A stretch of DNA of 58,857 nt, counting the filler, from Sphacelaria rigidula (lineage: Eukaryota), in the NCBI GenBank assembly GCA_964200075.2. It is 5 parts of 5 records of this genome, joined end to end, with 100 filler letters (N's around TTAATTAATTAA, not from the genome) between each part and the next. Parts side by side here need not be neighbours in the genome. Positions count along the whole stretch, not along the records: positions 47,169 to 58,857 come from CAXNAA020004624.1; 4 more parts are not named here. One strand, written 5' to 3'. The notes below the pieces were generated by a model that worked only from the letters and a program-made list of their open reading frames with translations, was not told where the DNA came from and ran no database searches. This document shows positions 52,188 to 58,857 of the stretch, one piece after another. How positions within the stretch are numbered: position 1 is the stretch's first letter; every line of letters begins with the position of its first letter. The translations under genes were made by a program, and so were the position numbers.

Positions 52188-52396
52188 GCGCCGCACCCCC
52201 CACCAGCACTGACAACCAGCGGCGTAGGACAAAGATGTGCACTGTTGTTCAAGTCCACAAGCACCTGAAAATTACTCGGTGTGTGACAACTAAATCCGCC
52301 CGTGCACAGGCTTTTTTTCTGCAGTACGGACTGTACAGGAAGCCTGGTTTCCTCCTGTCTATGGACAAGGAGAGGCGTGCATCTTTGTTGCCATGA
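52188..52396 (+). CDS. Putative next exon of the same gene (3' boundary uncertain)
   Basis: C-tract plus ACAACAG| acceptor. Phase 1 continues YG-AAPPTSTDNQRRRTKMCTVVQVHKH in the open frame of ORF 52031..52396. May end earlier at a GT near 52279. Confidence 0.4.
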
Positions 52397-55300
52397 GAGT
52401 GAAAATATTGTGTCGTTTCTCTCTCTTTCCCCCCCCTCCAACCCCCCAGCACGAGCACACCCGCCGCCCCTTCATGCATTTCCCGTGAGCTGGTGGTTGC
52501 TGTACTGTGGGTACGTACAGTCCTGTAAGTTTCTCTCTACTGACTGTCTGATACTTGGTGATCTATAGTCGTATATCACTATATTTTCAGTCCAAAATCT
52601 CTCCGCTCCGAACAATTTGCTCCAAATAACAACAGACGTAGCGCCATAGACCAACAAACAGGAGTGTGCAACCAGAGTGAACGTCTGACGTGTTGACTTT
52701 TCGGATCTTTCATATTGGAGACAGATTTTTGTAATCAATTTAGTCCAGGGTGTTTTTTCAGCTCACGGTTCATGCAATAATACAGGCAGGGGTGTACTTC
52801 TGTACTCTGTCTCTTGACGCACTTTTTTTGTGGGAAGGAACTCGAAGGCTTTACGAGGACGCCGTTTTCTCTCGTGTCAGTGTCGACGTGCGGCTAGGCG
52901 GAAGCATTGCATGATGAATAACCCGCCCGAGTACTAGAAACCGGTATGAGTCTACTGTAAGCCATGGACCCGTGCGGAGTATGGTAGTGACGCCGGTACG
53001 GCACCAGCTCTCCGGGAAAATCAAAGCTTGGTACCATGTGCACCCATGAACACCTTCGATGGATACGGGCGAGGGCGCATGCTGGAGACGGTAGTTGTAG
53101 GTGATGCCTTCATGTCTTCTCTATACTCACAATACCCTTACGTCGTCTCGGGCGAAAACGCGATTGGTCGTGGGTGAGGAAGCGAGGAAGCTCAGGATGA
53201 GGACACCGTCCACCCCGAACCTAACCATCGCGTTAATTGTGTCTAGCACGGTCATCCATGTTTGTGTAACGGTCCAGTCCAGTACTCTTCCGTCGTCCAC
53301 TTGGTTGCTACTCATGAAGTAGAGACATTTGCGATTGTATGGCTATTCCAATCCCGCCTCTTTGGGTGGTTCGGCCGCTCCCTTCGGGGTGACGCCCAAC
53401 ATTTCTCTCCATGGCATGCATATTCCATAAGGTTGTACCCTTCGGTGTCTGATGCATTCGATCTCCTGAGTACAGCACTTTATGTACTGTCTGTGTTCAC
53501 CGCAATCAAGCAGCAGGTCTCCTCTGTTCGTTTGGTGATAAGCAAGTACAGTCTGTTACTCGGTGTTCACGGATGTAGTCTGTATTGCGCAGTGTGCATG
53601 GGATGGGACGATAGTGTCCTGTTGTAGCCCTTCTGTGCTACCTATCCAGATTTCAATATGTCTACGGGCACAGCTTGTCGAGGATGTTCCGTAAACTAAA
53701 GTAACGGCCGTTTCAAATGAAGTGTAATAAATTGTGCCGAACCGCGTAATGTCCCTACGACGGACGAAGAGAGGCAGAGAGGCCTACTTGGCTGGCACAT
53801 ATCAACACATACAAGCAGCTCGTGTAGATTTTCTTTGGCGCGGTGTTTGGTTCCTACAACAACGTGTCGATTTCATACAGTGAACCGGTGTTTGGCATTT
53901 TGTTCCCGATTGAATGAAGATCGAATAAAGCGGGTGTTCGCATTCTCGTATTCTGTACTACAACACTGTTTCCCGCTCTCTTCGCTCCACTCCACCAGCT
54001 GAACGTTGTGATCTTACGTGTACGCATGATCTGTATACCCGTTCACTGCCTCCCCCCATCTATCAACGTTTGTGTCTGTGGGTGGGGGCGTGCGGCACTA
54101 CAACGTGAAACACGTTGCTCTTGATCCATCAATTTGTGCCTGACATATCTCGTTTCGGTAAGAACGACGGATGTAGAGATCAGTCGTGCTCGCGGTCAAA
54201 GGCAGCGTTGCACGTCGACATGTGTCGAGCATTGTATGCACATATCTCAATTAACGCATGACCCCGAAGATTTTGTCACGAAGAAGTAAGTTCTCGAACG
54301 AGTACAGCGCCCGGGGCGTACACGTTTTAACCCATCGATGAGTCGAGATCTGCCCCCGCACGCCACCCCGTGTCACCCAGCTTGTCACGCCGCTTCTTTG
54401 CTCGGGTGCAGTCCATGCAGTTACTGCACATTGCCACCTCCGACCGGTGGCATCTTCCCTTTCTGTGTGTACCCACGCGGAGGCGGCACTGCATGTCACT
54501 GGCGGCATCTGCGAGATGCCAGTCCCTGGTGGCTGTAGTCCCCGTCTGACGCGCATGTGGAGTTTATGAATGAACCGGCGCGGGCAGTAGCGGTACTAGA
54601 GTAGAGAATTCGACGAAATGGCGTGGACGTTTCTCGTGCTGGCGCTGCTCTGTGGATCATCGTGTACGCACTGATCTGCTTCGCCACAAAGCACCTTCGT
54701 TTTTGTTCGCTGTGTTCATTTCAATGCTTGTGTTGTTGACACAAATTGAAACATTGGAATTCTGTCTTGCCCTGGACGACGGGATGCGAAATTACATACT
54801 ACTGTACAAGGGTACACTAGTAGGGAAACAACACACAGCGAAAATGTAACGGCGGAGTCGTCGTAATACCGAAAGTTATTTAGCTAACTAACTCGTTGAC
54901 ACGTAGAGTGGACTATCGGTTCAGTTGCGGTCATCATGTTCCCCTCGAAGAACACCGGGGGCGAGACGCAGACATAACAGATGATGCCACCTTGTCGTTC
55001 GAAGGATCGACCTCCCAGTACCATCATTTTTATCCGGCCGGTCGGATCCTGTAATTACTCTTTTTCTATACACAGGGGTTCGTTTTGCTCATCAACTCTT
55101 TTGTCTTCTCTTATAGTGTGCTGCTGTGTGTCATACACCATGCTTCTCGAGTTGGAGTCAAGTCTCCGGTCCAGCAGACATGATACGATAGTGGGGTGCT
55201 TGACGCGTGACATCGAACCCTGTCTGTAGGCACGGGGGAAGGTGGACCTCTTTTTTTTGTCCTTTCTTGTGTGAGATTTCGCGGGCGCATTTGGTACAAC

Positions 55301-55989
55301 AGATAGATACCGAGAACAGTCGGCATTGAGTGGAAATCCAGCAAAAACAGCAGCAGGGATTTCTGTTCAACTTGCCTCTTTTTGCCCTTCTGGTTCTGCT
55401 GTGCAAGCATTATCGTCATGGACATAGTTTTGTGTTGGTCGCATCATCTTGCGAAATGCTCTTCAGGGTGCCGAGACCCTATGTGTTGGTTCACTCACAC
55501 CATTATTTGTGATACCGGCGGCTGGCTTTATTGAAGTACTGTAGCGACACTGCTGTGTGGGGGACGAACGATCAAGCACTAGGAACGTAAATGACTGAAC
55601 GTCTGTCTGTCAGGCTACTCGACCTCACACTATCGTTTCTGTTCGTTCCGACGACAATCGCATTCACCACAGATGGAAGCCCCTCGTGGTTGGTTAAAGA
55701 TGCAATCCGCGCGCATTGGGGATACAAAAACCAGGGCAGTACAATTCGGTGCTGTAGAAGTTGTAGCATGTCTCATACAGGGAGGGGACCTCCGCTGTAA
55801 GCCGAGAGTCCCGTGAATAAATACATAGGAAAGCCAGCCAGGCGACGGCACACATACATACAATTACATGGAAATGGAAATGTCCTCACTCGTATAATAG
55901 TTATTAAGGGCGCTGCCACTCTTGCTTTCCATGTGGCTTCGCATCTTGTATCTTGAAAATTCAAATAGGTGATGTGTTCCTTGTTCCAC

Positions 55990-56024
<35 letters not shown>

Positions 56025-57339
56025 CGTTTTTCCCCCCCGCCAGTTCTTCAAAGATAGTATATTAACGTAACCAATTACTAATGTCCAAAATGTCGTTCCC
56101 CCCCCCCCCCCCCGCGCGCGCACAATCAAGACGCCCAAGCCGTGGTAGTAGAGAGTGAAAATCCCAACGGATTGGGTGCAATCGGCGGCCCGGGTCGCCA
56201 CCCACATTTGTTTTGACGCTCAACGCCCACTTTGTGCTCTGCCTCTGTTTCAAAAGGAGGGAGAGAGGTGTATCTCTGTATGTGTGCCAACCGGTGCAAG
56301 CCACTCCCGCACAAAGTACCATCGTTTGATGTTTGAGGCGCCCATACTGTAGTACACTCAGTAGTCACACGATCATGGTCACGTATCCTCTTCAGGTCTT
56401 GGGTACACCTTGCCGCGCTGTCATTCGAGTGTGTGCCCATCTCTCTGGCAGATCGGGCCACCAATGATGGTCGTCACGGTTAACCTTCGGCCGTTAGGGT
56501 TGGTCGTGTAGTGGATCATCGTTATTTTTCATCTGTAAAAATGATTGAGAGGACCCACATGACGCACCGAGGCGGTCGAAGGGTGAACCCCTTGACCCGT
56601 GAGGGGGTGGGGCATCTGTTGAATCGGCATCATGCTCATTTGGAAAATGATCGAGATTCAGCGGTGAGACAGGTGGACCCTGTCTGGTAGATCGACCGCC
56701 GGAGTATAATGTGCGCAATAATTGCATTGCCTGTTGTTATTTATCACAGCGCAGTGTTACGGGACATGAGTCACGGAGTGATTGGAGACCGGCTAACGTC
56801 GTCGACGAGGACGGTGCTCGGAAACGGAGCTCCTCTGTAGCATAGCGTCGAGTGCTTTGATATTATTCCGAAAGGCGACCTCGTCCAACCTGCTGAGAGA
56901 CTGCCAAAACCGTTGAAGACGGGCAAACCCGTTGGAAACGGGCTTATTTATTGAGCGGTAGGCCGATCACGGGCTACGCCACCAGTGGTTTTATTCAACG
57001 CTACTGTTGTAATGGCGGTGGCTTGTCGTCGTACCATCACGGTTGGCGCATTCTGCACACGTCCCGAACCGTTACACCAACCCCTTACCGACGGTGCAGT
57101 ATGCTGACGACGCCGTGGGTTATGCACAATGTGCGCTGGCAGAGCTCGAATCGGGAGCGTACACTGATCAACACGTGCTACACACGATGCTGTCCACGGC
57201 GTGGGCAGTCGGGCTGCTACCTAGTGATAACCGCGATAGCCCCCCCCCCACCCACCCCCCCTCAAACGAACCCCAAGAATCCACGTGGAACGACCCATGA
57301 GTTAACCTACTTATTAAATAGGTGGTATAACCCGGAGGC

Positions 57340-57860
57340 AAAAATTACCGCTGAGTTATATACCATGTGACTTAGCCTGTGAACAAAAGTACCGCTGCGT
57401 TATACAGTACAAAATTGGTGTAACTCAGCCAGTGGAAATAGATACCGCTGAGTTATACCGTAGAACCCAGCAGCTGAGTTATACGAAAATGACGAGCAGC
57501 TGAGTATAATCCAGTACCTGAGTTACCCAGGCAGCTGGGTTATACGAAAATGACGAGCAGCTGAGTTACCCAGCAGCTGAGTTATACGAAAATGACGAGC
57601 AGCTGAGTATAATCCAGTACCTGAGTTACCCAGCACCTGAGTTGCTGAGTTACCCAGGCAGCTGGGTTATACGAAAATGACAAGCAGCTGAGTTATTTAG
57701 TATAACTCAGGTACACAGCAGCTGAGTTGCTGAGTTACTCAGCCGCTGAGTTATACGAAAATGACCAGCAGCTGAGTTATTTCGTTCAACAGCTGCTGTG
57801 TTATAGGAAAATGAGTCAACCCAGCAGCTGAGTTATACGAAAATGAGTTATAAATGAGGT
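57340..57860 (+). repeat. Patchwork repeat of CAGCAGCTGAGTTATACGAAAATGA modules
   Basis: More than 15 GCTGAGTTA motifs with shuffled sub-blocks and palindromic CAGCTG cores. Confidence 0.85.
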
Positions 57861-58290
57861 ACGTGCGTATATAAGTTGAGTCGTCCGACGTGTGCAACTC
57901 AACTTACAGCGCGTTCTAGCTGGTTTCAGGCTGCCTGCATGAAGCGCCTCACTTGGGCGACAGTGACGAGAACGGTCCCACGCCTGTGGGAATTCCCAGC
58001 TTCTCGATGTGCTTCACTTTTGACATTTTTATCTACATGTAGATTTTACCTCTTCAAACCAGACATTTTTCTTGTTGGGGGGGGGGGGGGGGCTGTCGCG
58101 GCATCAGTCGGCCCGGTCATCTGAATATCTGAATATCTTACGGCCCTACACTAAAATCAAATATGTTCAATGTTTCAGCCGTGATGGTAATGTAGTTCAT
58201 ACTGTGTGACAACGAGCTCGCGTAAGCTGGAATGAATTTCCGTTCATGATGCGGGAAATTTAGTGTCCTTGTTCTCGGCTTGGAACTATA

Positions 58291-58418
58291 GGTGTACTGC
58301 ATGCATGGGTGTACTCATGATCATGCATGCTATAGTCATCAGACAATTGACCTCACATCCCTACAAAGCCGGGACGGAGCACGCCGGGTTTTCGCCGGAC
58401 CAGGCTCGTGGGGGGGGA
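58291..58418 (-). mobile_element. Family-B retroposon tail
   Basis: GTACTCATGATCATGCATGCTATAGTCAT...CATCCCTACAAAGCCGGGACGGAGCACGCCGGGTTTTCGCCGGACCAGG plus a G-run. Confidence 0.78.
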
Positions 58419-58784
58419 ATTGTACCTACGTGAAGTCTTCCTCTAATTCTCCACTTTTCTGTTTCAGCTTCTTTTTATTCCTTCTGTTTTTGCTTCACTT
58501 TTATTGAGCACGTGTTTTACTTTTGTGTTTGTGTCGGGTAGGTCTACCATGTGGATAATGACTGCCGCTGGATCATGACTCCTGGGAGACCAGTCAAAGT
58601 GCGACAATCAGACAAGCAACGAAGATCAAAAGTGAACAAAAATGCGCGCGACTTATACCTTGGGTTGGATGCGCACTGACTCATGGTACAGCCTCTTCGA
58701 ACCTCCCTGTCTCTGCTCCTTAAACGTCGTGGGCGTTTGGGGTTTCATCTGGGTTCCAATATCCAGCATTTCTTTGTTCGCGTT

Positions 58785-58857
58785 CAACAGTGTTTTCGTG
58801 ATATTGAGAGTAGATGATACGATTGAGAGTGGCTTTGATCATTCGCTTTAAGCGAGT
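58785..58857. mobile_element. MITE family C left end (cut by window end)
   Basis: GTTTTCGTGATATTGAGAGTAG...GATTGAGAGTGGCTTTGATCATTCGCTTT matches 41409-41467. Confidence 0.75.

Noticed and set aside
56330..56727. Gypsy integrase-like HWWP remnant on the minus strand
   Set aside because: A single short motif amid stops, with no CxxC, RT or LTR nearby.

Overview
Eukaryotic, repeat-rich, intron-rich DNA, most likely a brown alga (Phaeophyceae). That identity is inferred from EsV-1-7-type Cys/His repeats, long introns and the retroposon families, not confirmed. The window is not one locus: five ~11.69-kb contigs (1-11693, 11794-23485, 23586-35277, 35378-47068, 47169-58857) are joined by 44N-TTAATTAATTAA-44N spacers, so gene order across spacers is meaningless. 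Supported coding content: (1) three minus-strand exons of an EsV-1-7-repeat protein with a ~650-aa acidic/tandem-repeat insert and an in-frame TGA; (2) the first exon of an SLC25 mitochondrial carrier; (3) four frame-compatible 3' exons of an unknown protein; (4) an intact, intronless histone H4 followed by a histone-type 3' stem-loop; (5) a probable second EsV-1-7-like gene. The rest is a decayed 2.8-kb LINE, many LINE/SINE tails (two families end in ATGAGTAC plus poly(C) and stack in C-tracts), several MITE/foldback elements and minisatellites. No CRISPR or prokaryotic system is supported. Most ORF-track entries are non-coding noise.
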